Shown one piece after another: positions 8,483 through 17,800 of a stretch of DNA of 64,000 bases (position 1 is the first letter of the stretch; each line of letters begins with the position of its first letter). The stretch is from Myxococcota bacterium (GTDB lineage Bacteria; Myxococcota_A; UBA9160; PR03): positions 1,528-65,527 of the forward strand of contig DATJPY010000044.1 of assembly GCA_035506135.1 (NCBI GenBank). Direction: 5' to 3'. Made by a program: the position numbers and the translations under genes. The notes beneath the pieces are model-generated. The model was given only the letters and a program-made list of their open reading frames with translations. It searched no databases and had not been told where the DNA came from.

Positions 8483-9452
8483 GCAGCGCCTGCTCGGGCC
8501 GGACGCGGCGCCGATCCGGATCGGTGTCTCCGCGTGCCTGCTCGGGCGCGAGGTCCGCTGGGACGGCGGTCACCGGCGCGACTCCTTCCTGGTCGACGAG
8601 CTCGGCCCCTACGTGGCGTGGGTGCCGGTGTGTCCGGAGGTCGAGCTCGGCATGGGCGTGCCGCGCGAGACGGTGCGTCTCGTCGCGCGCGGCGGCGGCG
8701 TGCGGCTGCTCGCCGAGCGGGGCGGCGTCGACCACAGCGACGCGATGCGCGCCTGGGCGCGGCGCCGGCTGCGCGAACTCGCGGCGCTCGAGCTCTCCGG
8801 CTACGTGCTGAAGAAGGACTCCCCGAGCTGCGGCCTCGAGCGCGTTCCGGTCTGGAACGCGAGCGGCCGGCCGGAGCGGCGCGGACGCGGCGTCTTCGCC
8901 GAGGCGCTGCTCGAGGCGTGCGAGGCGCTGCCGGTCGAGGACGAGGACCGGCTGCGCGACGCGCGCCTGCGCGAGAACTGGATCGAGCGGATCTTCGCCT
9001 ACCGCAGGCTCCGCTCGTTCTTCGACGGACCCTGGACGCCGCGCCGGCTCGCCGCCTTCCACGCCGCGCACGAGCTCCAGCTCCGGGCGCACGCGCCCGC
9101 TGCCCACCGCGCGCTCGGAAGGCTGGTCGCCCGGGCCGGATCGCTCCCGCGCGCCGCCGCGCGCCGTACCTACGAGCTTGGCTTCATGGCGGCGCTGCGC
9201 CGCCCGGCCAGCGCGGCGCGACACGTCGAGGTGTTGAAGCGCGCGGTCGCGCGCTTCCGCGGCCGGCTCGACCCGGCCGGACGCCGTGCGCTGCTCGCGT
9301 CGATCGACGACTACCGGGCGGGTCGCGTGCCGCTGGTGGTTCCGATCGCGCTGGTGCGGCACCACGTCACGCGGCTTGCCCTCGACGAGCTGGCGGGGCA
9401 GGTCTACCTGCAGCCGCACGCGATGGAGCTGATGCTCCGCAATAGGGTGTAG
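8445..9452 (+). CDS. ybgA: YbgA-family protein (DUF523 + DUF1722)
   Basis: ATG 8445 (GGGGAGG upstream) within ORF 8169..9452. DUF523 motif: IRIGVSACLLGREVRWDGG..CPEVELGMGVPR. The C-terminal helical DUF1722 part follows. This ATG is the only canonical start upstream of the conserved motif, which gives a 38-nt overlap with phr. Confidence 0.85.
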   Translation: MGADRRAGPRLPEQRLLGPDAAPIRIGVSACLLGREVRWDGGHRRDSFLVDELGPYVAWVPVCPEVELGMGVPRETVRLVARGGGVRLLAERGGVDHSDAMRAWARRRLRELAALELSGYVLKKDSPSCGLERVPVWNASGRPERRGRGVFAEALLEACEALPVEDEDRLRDARLRENWIERIFAYRRLRSFFDGPWTPRRLAAFHAAHELQLRAHAPAAHRALGRLVARAGSLPRAAARRTYELGFMAALRRPASAARHVEVLKRAVARFRGRLDPAGRRALLASIDDYRAGRVPLVVPIALVRHHVTRLALDELAGQVYLQPHAMELMLRNRV

Positions 9453-9465
9453 GACCCGGGCCGGG

Positions 9466-9927
9466 CTAGTTCATCGGTCCCAGGCCCTGGCGCGGATCGA
9501 GCCGCATGATCTTCGGCTCGCCCATCAGCCCGCGGAACAGTCCGATGGCGGCGTCCGAGAAGCCGTACTTCTGCCGGAACACCTCGGTGACGTCGTCGAT
9601 CACGACCGGATCGGTGATGCGCGTTGCGCGGAGCGGATAGTCGCGTCCGGCGATGCGCACCACGACGTCGGGGTTGCGCTCGACGTTGGCGCCCCAGTGC
9701 GTGCCGCCGGTGCGGATGTAGCCCTCGCCCTTGTTCACCGCGAGCCAGATCGTGGTGGTGCGGGTGCTGCCGTCCTCGTTGGTGCTGAGGATCTCGATGG
9801 TGTCGACGTCCGCCACCTGGCTCCAGTTGACGGGGTGGGCGCGCGCGGGCGCGGCGGCGAGGCACAGCGCGGCAATGGCCGCGGCCACGCGGGCGCGCGC
9901 TGCGAGGGCGCGAAGGGCTCGCGGCAT
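9466..9927 (-). CDS. secreted hypothetical protein (possible split-barrel, DUF385/PNPOx-like fold)
   Basis: ATG 9927 (GGAGG upstream) within ORF 9466..9993. Signal peptide: MPRALRALAARARVAAAIAALCLAAAPARA. The mature part TTIWLAVNKGEGYIRTGGTHWGANVERNPDVVVRIAGRDY loosely recalls deazaflavin-dependent nitroreductase-like barrels. The function call is weak. Confidence 0.55.
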   Translation of the reverse strand: MPRALRALAARARVAAAIAALCLAAAPARAHPVNWSQVADVDTIEILSTNEDGSTRTTTIWLAVNKGEGYIRTGGTHWGANVERNPDVVVRIAGRDYPLRATRITDPVVIDDVTEVFRQKYGFSDAAIGLFRGLMGEPKIMRLDPRQGLGPMN

Positions 9928-10019
9928 CGGCAATCCTCCCCCGGGCGAGCATACAAGAACGGGCGCACCGCGCGGGTGTCGGCGCGGTACCATCCGGCAC
10001 CCCCGAGAAGGAGTCTTGC

Positions 10020-11528
10020 ATGGCCGCCGCCGCGATTCCGCTGCGCGAAGAGGTGTCGAGCTTCCTGAGGCGCCCGCGCCCGATGCTGATCGGAGGGCGC
10101 TGGGTCGAAGCGGCCTCGGGGAGGAGCTTCGAGACGCTCGATCCCGCCACGGGCGAGACCCTCGCGCGGGTGGCGGAGGGCGACAGCCAGGACGTCGAGC
10201 GAGCGGTCGCCGCGGCGCGGCGGGCGTTCGAGGGGCCGAGCTGGCGCGGCATCACGCCGGCCGAGCGCGGCCGCCTGCTGATGCGGCTCGCCGACGCGGT
10301 GGAGGCGCACGCCGACGAGCTCGCGCAGCTCGAGTCGCTCGACAACGGGAAGCCCGTGGCGGTGGCGCGAGGCGCGGACCTCCCGCTCGCCGCCGACTGC
10401 CTGCGCTACTACGCGGGTTGGGCGACCAAGATCGAGGGCGAGACGATCCCGGTGTCGGTGCCGTTCGCGCCGGGCGCGCGCTTCCTCAACTACACGCTGC
10501 GCGAGCCGATCGGCGTGGTCGGCCAGATCATCCCGTGGAACTTCCCGCTGTTGATGGCGGCGTGGAAGCTCGGCCCCGCGCTGGCGGCGGGCTGCACCGT
10601 GGTGCTGAAGCCCGCCGAGCAGACGCCGCTCTCGGCGCTCCGCCTCGGCGAGCTGGTGCAGGAGGTCGGCTTCCCGGATGGCGTCGTCAACATCGTCACC
10701 GGGTTCGGCGAGACCGCGGGCGCTGCGCTCGCTGCGCACCCCGGAGTCGACAAGGTCGCCTTCACCGGGTCGACCGAGGTCGGGCGCCTGATCGTGCGCG
10801 CCGCGGCCGGCAACCTGAAGAAGGTGTCGCTCGAGCTGGGCGGCAAGTCGCCCAACATCGTGCTGCCCGACGCCGACCCCGCGGCGGTCGCCGAGGGCGC
10901 CGCCGGCGCGATCTTCTTCAACCACGGCCAGTGCTGCTGCGCCGGCTCGCGGCTCTACGTCCACCGGAGCCTGTTCGACGACGTGGTCGACGAGGTCTGC
11001 GCGCGCGCTCGCTCGATCAAGGTCGGGCCCGGGATGAGCCCCGACACCGAGATGGGTCCGCTGGTGTCCGACGAGCAGTACCGGCGCGTTACCGGCTACA
11101 TCGAGTCGGGGCAGCGCGACGGCGCGCGCACCCTGATCGGCGGCGGCCGGCCCGCGGCGCTGCGGCGCGGCTACTTCGTCGAGCCCACGGTCTTCACCGA
11201 CACCGACCACTCGATGGCGGTGGTGCGGGAGGAGATCTTCGGGCCCGTGCTGACGGCGATGCCGTGGGACGACCTCGACGACCTGGTGCGCCAGGCCAAC
11301 GACACCATCTACGGGCTCGCGGCCGGCGTGTGGACCCGCGACGTCGCAAGCGCGCACCGGCTCGCCGCCGGGCTGCGCGCGGGAACGGTCTGGGTCAACT
11401 GCTACAACGTCTTCGATGCCGCCGCTCCCTTCGGCGGCTACAAGCAGTCGGGCTGGGGCCGCGAGATGGGCCACCACGCGCTGCAGCTCTACACCGAGGT
11501 GAAGAACGTCTGGGTGAACCTCGCGTAG
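10020..11528 (+). CDS. NAD(P)+-dependent aldehyde dehydrogenase
   Basis: ORF 10020..11528. Motifs: FTGSTEVG, LELGGKSP, and catalytic Cys in FFNHGQCCCAGSR. AAGGAG lies upstream. Confidence 0.95.
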   Translation: MAAAAIPLREEVSSFLRRPRPMLIGGRWVEAASGRSFETLDPATGETLARVAEGDSQDVERAVAAARRAFEGPSWRGITPAERGRLLMRLADAVEAHADELAQLESLDNGKPVAVARGADLPLAADCLRYYAGWATKIEGETIPVSVPFAPGARFLNYTLREPIGVVGQIIPWNFPLLMAAWKLGPALAAGCTVVLKPAEQTPLSALRLGELVQEVGFPDGVVNIVTGFGETAGAALAAHPGVDKVAFTGSTEVGRLIVRAAAGNLKKVSLELGGKSPNIVLPDADPAAVAEGAAGAIFFNHGQCCCAGSRLYVHRSLFDDVVDEVCARARSIKVGPGMSPDTEMGPLVSDEQYRRVTGYIESGQRDGARTLIGGGRPAALRRGYFVEPTVFTDTDHSMAVVREEIFGPVLTAMPWDDLDDLVRQANDTIYGLAAGVWTRDVASAHRLAAGLRAGTVWVNCYNVFDAAAPFGGYKQSGWGREMGHHALQLYTEVKNVWVNLA

Positions 11529-11572
11529 TCTGTCGAACTTCGCTCGGCTCCGCAGACTTCGCCTCGCTGCGC

Positions 11573-11598
11573 GGAGGCCGACTCTCGAGTCGGCCTCC
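11573..11598. terminator. GC-rich hairpin between convergent genes (candidate bidirectional terminator)
   Basis: ggaggccgac-tctcga-gtcggcctcc has a 10-12 bp perfect stem followed by ttt. It lies between the aldehyde dehydrogenase stop (11528) and the WS/DGAT stop (11601). The T-tract is short. Confidence 0.5.
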
Positions 11599-11600
11599 TT

Positions 11601-13034
11601 TCAGCGCGCCGGGGCGGGAAGCTTCACCTCGGCGACCTCGCACAGCTCCGCGAAGTTCCGCTCGATCGCCACGGCGAAGTCGTGCAGGTCCGGGACCAGG
11701 TCCCAGTCCGAGACGAAACCCCAGTGCAGCCGGCCGGCGTAGCTGAACAGCGCCACGCCGAGGCTCTGGTGGGTGAGCAGGTTGAGCATCGGATACGTCT
11801 CGAGCACGCGCGCGCCGAGCAGGTAGAGCGGAACCTGCGGGCCCGGCACGTTGGTGACGACCAGGTTCGCCGCGCGGTTGCGGTAGGCCATGCGCGACGC
11901 GAGCGAGAGCAGCGTCGGGACGGTCCACTCGGCGACCGCGGCGAGCACGCCGGCGCCCATCGCCTGCTTCGACTCCTTGAGCCGCGCGGTGATCTCGCAG
12001 GTGAGAGCGAGCCGGCGGCGCGGGTTGGTCTCGCCCGTCGGCAGGCTGGCTGCCCAGAGCGCGATCTGGTTGCCCGTGGTTCCGCGCGCGCTGGCCGCCC
12101 GGACGCTGACCGGCACCATCGCGCGGAGATCCAGGGTGCGCTGGGCGCTGCGCGGAACGCCGCGCTGCTCCAGGAAGTCGCCGAGGGCGCCCGCCACGAT
12201 GGCGAGGACCACGTCGTTCACGGTGCCGCCCAGCCGGTCTTTCACCGCCTTCACGGGCCGAAGGTCGAGCGTGGTCCAGTCGAAGCGGCGATGCGGGCCG
12301 AGCTCGCGGTTGAGCGGCGTCTCGGAGGCGGCGCTGAGGCCGGCCGCCAACGTCTCGCCGAGCGCCGCGACCTGCTCGCGTACACGCGACAGCGTCGCAC
12401 CCGGGCTCCGCGCGGCGCCCGCGAGCGCGCGCGCCGCGGTGAACGGCATTCCGAGCCGCCGCTGCAGCTCGCCGGTGGCGATCTCCCAGGCGCTCGGGGT
12501 GGGCTCGGGCAGCCAGGCCGGCGGCTCCGGGACCGTCTCGTCGGGCGCCGGCGAGAGCAGCATGCTCAGCAGGTCGACGCCGGCGATGCCGTCGATCATG
12601 CAGTGGTGGGTCTTGGAGATCAGCGCCGCGCGATCGCCCTCGAGGCCCTCGACGATCCACAGCTCCCAGAGCGGCTTTCCAGGGTCGAGCCGCTGCGACA
12701 GGATGCGCGCGGCCAGCCGCTTGAGCTGCCGCTCGTCGCCCGGGCGCGGCAGGGCCGTGTGACGGACGTGGTAGTGCAGGTTGAAGCGGTCGTCGTCGAT
12801 CCAGACCGGGTGGTTCTCGATCGGGATCCAGGCGAGGCGCTGCCGGTAGCGCGGGATGCGGTGGAGCCGCGCGCCGACGTAGCTCCGAACGCGATCGGCG
12901 TCGAGCCCGCCGTCCTCGTTGCGGAGCGGGCCCGTCTCGAGGAGCAGCACGGCGCCGACGTGCTGCGGGTAGCGCTCGTCCTCGAAGTCCAGGAAGGTGC
13001 GGTCGAGGGCGGAGAGGCGTTCGTAGCGGGCCAA
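11601..13034 (-). CDS. wax ester synthase / acyl-CoA:diacylglycerol acyltransferase (WS/DGAT)
   Basis: ORF 11601..13034. Active-site motif HHCMIDGIAGVDL (HHxxxDG). TTG start with AGGAGG 7 nt upstream. Confidence 0.9.
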   Translation of the reverse strand: MARYERLSALDRTFLDFEDERYPQHVGAVLLLETGPLRNEDGGLDADRVRSYVGARLHRIPRYRQRLAWIPIENHPVWIDDDRFNLHYHVRHTALPRPGDERQLKRLAARILSQRLDPGKPLWELWIVEGLEGDRAALISKTHHCMIDGIAGVDLLSMLLSPAPDETVPEPPAWLPEPTPSAWEIATGELQRRLGMPFTAARALAGAARSPGATLSRVREQVAALGETLAAGLSAASETPLNRELGPHRRFDWTTLDLRPVKAVKDRLGGTVNDVVLAIVAGALGDFLEQRGVPRSAQRTLDLRAMVPVSVRAASARGTTGNQIALWAASLPTGETNPRRRLALTCEITARLKESKQAMGAGVLAAVAEWTVPTLLSLASRMAYRNRAANLVVTNVPGPQVPLYLLGARVLETYPMLNLLTHQSLGVALFSYAGRLHWGFVSDWDLVPDLHDFAVAIERNFAELCEVAEVKLPAPAR

Positions 13035-13089
13035 CGGAGGACCTCCTGCCGCGCGCGGTCCGAGCCGATGCTAGCGCTGCCGGCGGCGG

Positions 13090-13500
13090 CTACGCCGGTT
13101 GGAAGAAGGGCACCGCGGCGGTGTCCGAGACGCGCTCGAAGGCGACGGACACCGGCAGGTCGAGGGCGAGGTGCCCGGGCGCGAGGCCGCGCAGGCCGCT
13201 CACCAGCCGCACGCCCTCCTCCATCTCGACCACGACGACCGCGTACGGCGTCGCCCCCGCGAACGGCGGGAAGGGGGCCTGGTGGGTCACGGTCCACGAG
13301 AACACGCGCCCGCGTCCGGACGAGGGGCTCCAGCTCCAGGCGTCCGATCCGCATGACGCGCAGATGTGTCGCGGCAGGTGGCGCCAGGCGCCGCAGTCCG
13401 TGCAGCGCTGGAAGGAGAGGCGCCCGCGCGCGCACTCGGCGTAGAACTGCGCGGCCAGCTCGTCGATCTCGCTGGAGAGGATGGGCGTGACCTGTCCCAC
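13090..13500 (-). CDS. Zn-ribbon/OB-fold DUF35 protein (thiolase partner subunit)
   Basis: ORF 13090..13500. Four-Cys ribbon CTDCGAWRHLPRHICASCGS followed by an OB-fold region. It lies 3 nt downstream of the thiolase-like gene. Confidence 0.85.
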   Translation of the reverse strand: MGQVTPILSSEIDELAAQFYAECARGRLSFQRCTDCGAWRHLPRHICASCGSDAWSWSPSSGRGRVFSWTVTHQAPFPPFAGATPYAVVVVEMEEGVRLVSGLRGLAPGHLALDLPVSVAFERVSDTAAVPFFQPA

Positions 13501-13503
13501 GGA

Positions 13504-14688
13504 TCAGCGCCCCCGCCGCAGGATCGCGATCGAGCCGTCCCCGAAGTCGCCCCAGCCGGTGACGAGCCCGAGCTCCGCGTCCTTCACCTGGGCGGCGCCC
13601 GCCTCGCCGCGGAGCTGGCGGGTGGCCTCGATCAGGTGATTGATGCCCCAGACGTGCGCCTGGGAGAGCAGGCCGCCGTGCGTGTTCATCGGCAGCTCGC
13701 CGCCGAGCTCGATGCGGCCTCCCTTCACGAAGTCGCCGCTCTCGCCGCGGGCGCAGAGCCCGAGCGCCTCGAGCTGCAGCAGCACGACGTAGGTGAAGCA
13801 GTCGTAGATCTGGAGGAAGTCGACCTCGGACGCGCGGATGCCGGCCATCGCGAGGGCGCGCGGCGCGGCGAAGGAGAGCCCGATGCGGAACGGGTCGCGG
13901 CGCGCCGCGATGTCGTCGGCGGGGTAGGGGTGGCCCTCGGCGGCGGCGACCAGCACCACCGGCGGACGCGCCAGATCGCGCGCCCGCTCGGCGCTCGTCA
14001 CCAGCACGGCGCCCGCGCCGTCCGTCTCGAGGCAGCAGTCGTAGAGCCGGAACGGCTCCGAGATCCAGCGCGCGGACAGGTACTGCTGCAGCGTGAGCGG
14101 GCGCCCCCGCATCAGCGCGCGCGGGTTGTGCTGGGCGTGGGCGCGGCACGCCAGCGCCACGGCGCCCATCGATTCCGGCTCGATTCCGTACATCTTCATG
14201 TGTCGCGTCGCCAGCCAGGCGTAGAACTGTACCGGCGAGACGGCGCCGTACGGCAGGTAGAAGTCCCGTACCGTATGGGTCATGGCGTTCAGGCCGAGCG
14301 GCGACCGCCGCGGGCGCGCGCCCGGCTTCGGGCGGATCGCGCTGTAGCCGTTCCAGCCGAGCACGATCAGCACGTGGCGCGCGACGCCGGTCGCCACCGC
14401 CATGGCCGCGCTCTGCAGCGCCGCGGTCGGGCTTGCGCCACCCATGCTCACGGTCGCGGCGTAGCGCAGCTCCTCGATCCCGAGGTTCGCGGCGAGCTCC
14501 TCGGCGGTGGTCTCGATGGGCGGCGGGACGAGGCCGTCGACGTCGCGCGGCGAGAGGCCCGCGTCGGCGATGGCGCCGCGCGCGGCCTCGAGCATGAGCT
14601 GGGCCGCGCTGCGGTCGGAGCCGCGGACGTAGTCGGTCTCGCCGATCCCGGCGATGGCGGCGCGCTCGCGGATCGAGGACTCGCTCAC
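13504..14688 (-). CDS. SCP-x/Ltp-type thiolase-like protein
   Basis: C-terminal 394 aa of ORF 13504..16827, from GTG 14688 (GTGA overlap with the hydrolase stop). Sequence: [64 protein letters not shown]. Confidence 0.85.
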   Translation of the reverse strand: MSESSIRERAAIAGIGETDYVRGSDRSAAQLMLEAARGAIADAGLSPRDVDGLVPPPIETTAEELAANLGIEELRYAATVSMGGASPTAALQSAAMAVATGVARHVLIVLGWNGYSAIRPKPGARPRRSPLGLNAMTHTVRDFYLPYGAVSPVQFYAWLATRHMKMYGIEPESMGAVALACRAHAQHNPRALMRGRPLTLQQYLSARWISEPFRLYDCCLETDGAGAVLVTSAERARDLARPPVVLVAAAEGHPYPADDIAARRDPFRIGLSFAAPRALAMAGIRASEVDFLQIYDCFTYVVLLQLEALGLCARGESGDFVKGGRIELGGELPMNTHGGLLSQAHVWGINHLIEATRQLRGEAGAAQVKDAELGLVTGWGDFGDGSIAILRRGR

Positions 14689-15572
14689 GAGGGGCGCCCC
14701 AGCTCGCGCAGGAATGCGAGCACCGCGTCGGTGAAGCGGTCGTTGCGGTCCCCGGCGACCATGTGTCCGGCGCCGCGCACGTCGACGAACCGGGCCTTCG
14801 GCGCGAGCTCGAGGAAGTGCCGCGCGCCCTGCTCGGAGAGGAGGTCCGAGAGCCGGCCGCGCACGAGCAGCGTCGGGACGCGCAGCCGGCGCGCGGCGGC
14901 CTCCATGCGATCGCCCTCCTGGCCCGGCCGCGGCCCGTGTCCCGGCTGCAGGAAGAGGGGATCCCAATGCCAGCGCCAGCGCCCGTCGTCGCCGCGGCGC
15001 AGGTTCTTCGCGAGCCCCGAGAGATCGCTCGGCCGCTCGCGGTGCGGCAGGTAGGCGGCGACCGCGTCGGCGGCCTCGTCGAGGCTTGCGAAGCCCTCGG
15101 GCCGTGCCTGCATGAAGGAGATGATCCGCATCGCGCCCTCGGGCTCGATGCGCACCGCGATGTCGACCAGGACGAGCGCGCGGCTGATCGAGCGCTCCGA
15201 CTCTGCCTCGGCGAGCAGCGCGGTGATGCCGCCGAGCGACGCGCCCACCAGCACCGGCGGCGCGGTGAGCTGCGCAACCACCGCGCGCAGGTCCGCGACG
15301 AAGGCGTCGACGCTGTAATCGCCGCGCGCGTCCCAGCCGCTGTCGCCGTGGCCGCGCAGGTCGAGCGCGACGGCGTACCAGCCCTCGCGCGCGAGCGCGG
15401 CGGCCGTGCCGCCCCACGCGTGGCGCGTCTGACCGCCGCCGTGGAGCAGCAGAACGGGCGGCGCTGAGGGATCTCCCCACGCGTCGGCGTGGAGCGCGAG
15501 GCCGTCGCGCCCGGCGAGCTCCCACCGCGCGACCGGCGGGTCGCTCGGGGACTGCGGGCTGGGCTCGGCCAT
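14685..15572 (-). CDS. alpha/beta-fold hydrolase
   Basis: ATG 15572 (GAGGAG upstream) within ORF 14685..15668. Oxyanion motif [13 protein letters not shown] and nucleophile elbow GASLGG. Confidence 0.85.
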   Translation of the reverse strand: MAEPSPQSPSDPPVARWELAGRDGLALHADAWGDPSAPPVLLLHGGGQTRHAWGGTAAALAREGWYAVALDLRGHGDSGWDARGDYSVDAFVADLRAVVAQLTAPPVLVGASLGGITALLAEAESERSISRALVLVDIAVRIEPEGAMRIISFMQARPEGFASLDEAADAVAAYLPHRERPSDLSGLAKNLRRGDDGRWRWHWDPLFLQPGHGPRPGQEGDRMEAAARRLRVPTLLVRGRLSDLLSEQGARHFLELAPKARFVDVRGAGHMVAGDRNDRFTDAVLAFLRELGRPS

Positions 15573-15648
15573 GCGGCTCCTCGCTCGGGCGCGCGGCGTA
15601 GATAGCCGCGCCTCGGGTATCGTGCCAGCAACAGGCGGAGGCGTGGGC

Positions 15649-16467
15649 ATGGGAAGGCTCGACAGCAAGGTGGCGCTGGTGACGGGCGGCGCGAGCGGGA
15701 TCGGCGCGGCAACGGTGCGGCGCTTCGCGCGCGAAGGCGCGCGCGTCGTGATCGTGGATCTGCAGGACGCACTCGGCGAGGCGCTCGCCGAGGAGCTCGG
15801 AGCCGCGACCGTCTACCAGCGCGCCGATGTGTCGCGCGAGGCGGACGTCGTCGCCGCCGTCGACCGCGCCGTCGACCAGTTCGGGCGGCTCGACGTCTGC
15901 TTCAACAATGCCGGGCTCGGGGGCGTCACCGGTCCGATCGCCGAGATCCCGGCGGCCGAGTTCGATACGACCGTGGGCGTGCTGCTGCGCGGTGTCTTCC
16001 TCGGGATCAAGCACGCGGCGCGCGTGATGCTGCCGCAGCGCGCGGGCAGCATCCTGAGCACCGCGAGCGTCGCGGGCCTGCAGGCCGGCTTCGGCCCGCA
16101 CGTCTACAGCGCCTGCAAGGCGGCCGTCGTGCACCTGACCCGATCGGTGGCGATGGAGCTCGGCGAGCGCGGCGTTCGCGTGAACTGCATCTGCCCCGGC
16201 GGCATCGTGACCCCCCTCCTTACCCGCGGCTTCGCGGGCATGGCGGGCGGCGAGGATCTCGTGAAGGGCTTCCTCGCGTCCGCACAACCGATCCGCCGCG
16301 CCGGACTTCCGGACGACATCGCGGAGGCTGCTCTGTTTCTGGCGAGCGACGCGTCGAGCTTCGTGAACGGGCACGCGCTCGTGGTGGACGGCGGCCTCAC
16401 CGGCGGGCGCCAGTGGTCGACGATGCCGGAGGCGATCCGCACCTACCGGCCCGAGGGCGGCCCCTGA
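15649..16467 (+). CDS. SDR family oxidoreductase
   Basis: ATG 15649 within ORF 15571..16467. Motifs: [26 protein letters not shown]. Confidence 0.9.
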   Translation: MGRLDSKVALVTGGASGIGAATVRRFAREGARVVIVDLQDALGEALAEELGAATVYQRADVSREADVVAAVDRAVDQFGRLDVCFNNAGLGGVTGPIAEIPAAEFDTTVGVLLRGVFLGIKHAARVMLPQRAGSILSTASVAGLQAGFGPHVYSACKAAVVHLTRSVAMELGERGVRVNCICPGGIVTPLLTRGFAGMAGGEDLVKGFLASAQPIRRAGLPDDIAEAALFLASDASSFVNGHALVVDGGLTGGRQWSTMPEAIRTYRPEGGP

Positions 16468-16515
16468 TGCGGTAACGTCCCGGGCGGGGGAAGTCGGCGC
16501 CTCGAGAGGATTCAC

Positions 16516-17748
16516 ATGTCCCAGGCCTTCCCGCCGCCCGGCGCGTTCCCGCCTCCGCAGCTCCTCGCCGACCCGTATCCCTTCTACGCCGCGCTCCGCG
16601 CGAGCCAGCCGGTGTTCCGCCTGCCGGTGGGCGAGAGCAGCGCTCCCGGGGTCTGGCTGCTCACGCGGCACGCGGACGTCCACGCCGTGCTGCGCGACGC
16701 GCGCTTCTCGGCCGATCGCCGCCGCGCGCGCATCGTCCGCGAGAACATCGACCGGCTCGCGATCGGCATGGCGCTCGGCGAGGAAGGCGGGCTGCGCACC
16801 ATGCTGGTCATGGACCCGCCCGATCACACCCGCGTGCGCGGCCTGGTGAGCAAGGCCTTCACCCCGCGCCGCGTCGCCGCCCTGCGCCCGCGCATCGAGC
16901 AGATCATCGACGAGCTGCTCGCCGAGCCGGCGGCGCGCGGATCGATGGACGTGATGGCGGACTTCGCCGCGCCGCTGCCGGCGATCGTGATCGCCGAGCT
17001 GCTAGGCGTGCCGGCCGAGGACCACCGCGAGTTCCGGCAGTGGTCGAGCGAGCTGGTCTCGCTCGTGGGCTCCGCCAATCCACTGGAGATCCGCGAGCGG
17101 TTCGAGAAGGCGCTCGGCCGCATCCTCGACTACCTGCGCGGCGTGATCGCCGAGCGGCGGCGCGCGCCGGCCGACGACCTGATCAGCGGCATGATCGAGG
17201 CGCAGGAGGAGCGCGACGCGCTCTCCGACGTCGAGCTGCTCGCCACCAGCAACCTGCTGCTGCTCGCGGGCCACGAGACCACCACCAACCTGATCGGCAA
17301 CGGCACGCTCGCGCTGCTGCGGCACCCCGACGAGCTCGCGCGCCTGCGCGCCGACCACGCGCTCCTGCCGGACGCGATCGAGGAGCTGCTGCGCTACGAC
17401 AGCCCCGTACAGGCGACCGTGCGCGTCGCGACGCAGGACGCCGAGGTCGGCGGCCAGAAGATCCCGGCCGAGGCGCTGGTCATCGTGGGGATCGGGGCGG
17501 CGAACCGCGACCCCGCGGTCTTCCGCGACCCGGATCGCCTCGACCTCGCGCGCGGCGGCAACCACCACCTCTCGTTCGGTCTCGGCGTGCACTTCTGCCT
17601 CGGCGCGTCGCTGGCGCGCCTCGAGGCCGAGCTCGCCTTCGGTGCGCTGCTCGAGCGCTTCCCACGCCTCGACCTCGCCACCGAAGCGGTCTCGCATCGC
17701 GCGAACCTGATCCTGCGCGGGCTCACCGCGCTGCCGGTGCGCTGCTGA
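16516..17748 (+). CDS. cytochrome P450
   Basis: ORF 16516..17748. I-helix [18 protein letters not shown] (ExxR), and heme loop [15 protein letters not shown]. No ferredoxin or reductase gene is adjacent. Confidence 0.95.
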   Translation: MSQAFPPPGAFPPPQLLADPYPFYAALRASQPVFRLPVGESSAPGVWLLTRHADVHAVLRDARFSADRRRARIVRENIDRLAIGMALGEEGGLRTMLVMDPPDHTRVRGLVSKAFTPRRVAALRPRIEQIIDELLAEPAARGSMDVMADFAAPLPAIVIAELLGVPAEDHREFRQWSSELVSLVGSANPLEIRERFEKALGRILDYLRGVIAERRRAPADDLISGMIEAQEERDALSDVELLATSNLLLLAGHETTTNLIGNGTLALLRHPDELARLRADHALLPDAIEELLRYDSPVQATVRVATQDAEVGGQKIPAEALVIVGIGAANRDPAVFRDPDRLDLARGGNHHLSFGLGVHFCLGASLARLEAELAFGALLERFPRLDLATEAVSHRANLILRGLTALPVRC

Positions 17749-17800
17749 GCGAGGCCGGAGGCGCGGGCTCCACTCCAGGGCTTCCGAGGAAGAGGCTGCG

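Noticed and set aside
12620-16827. Very long minus-strand ORFs (1050 aa at 12620..15772, and the upstream 700 aa of 13504..16827)
   Set aside because: Only the last 394 codons of 13504..16827 encode a real protein (the thiolase). The rest runs antisense through the SDR and P450 genes or out of frame through the hydrolase, and it reads as RPGA-rich filler.
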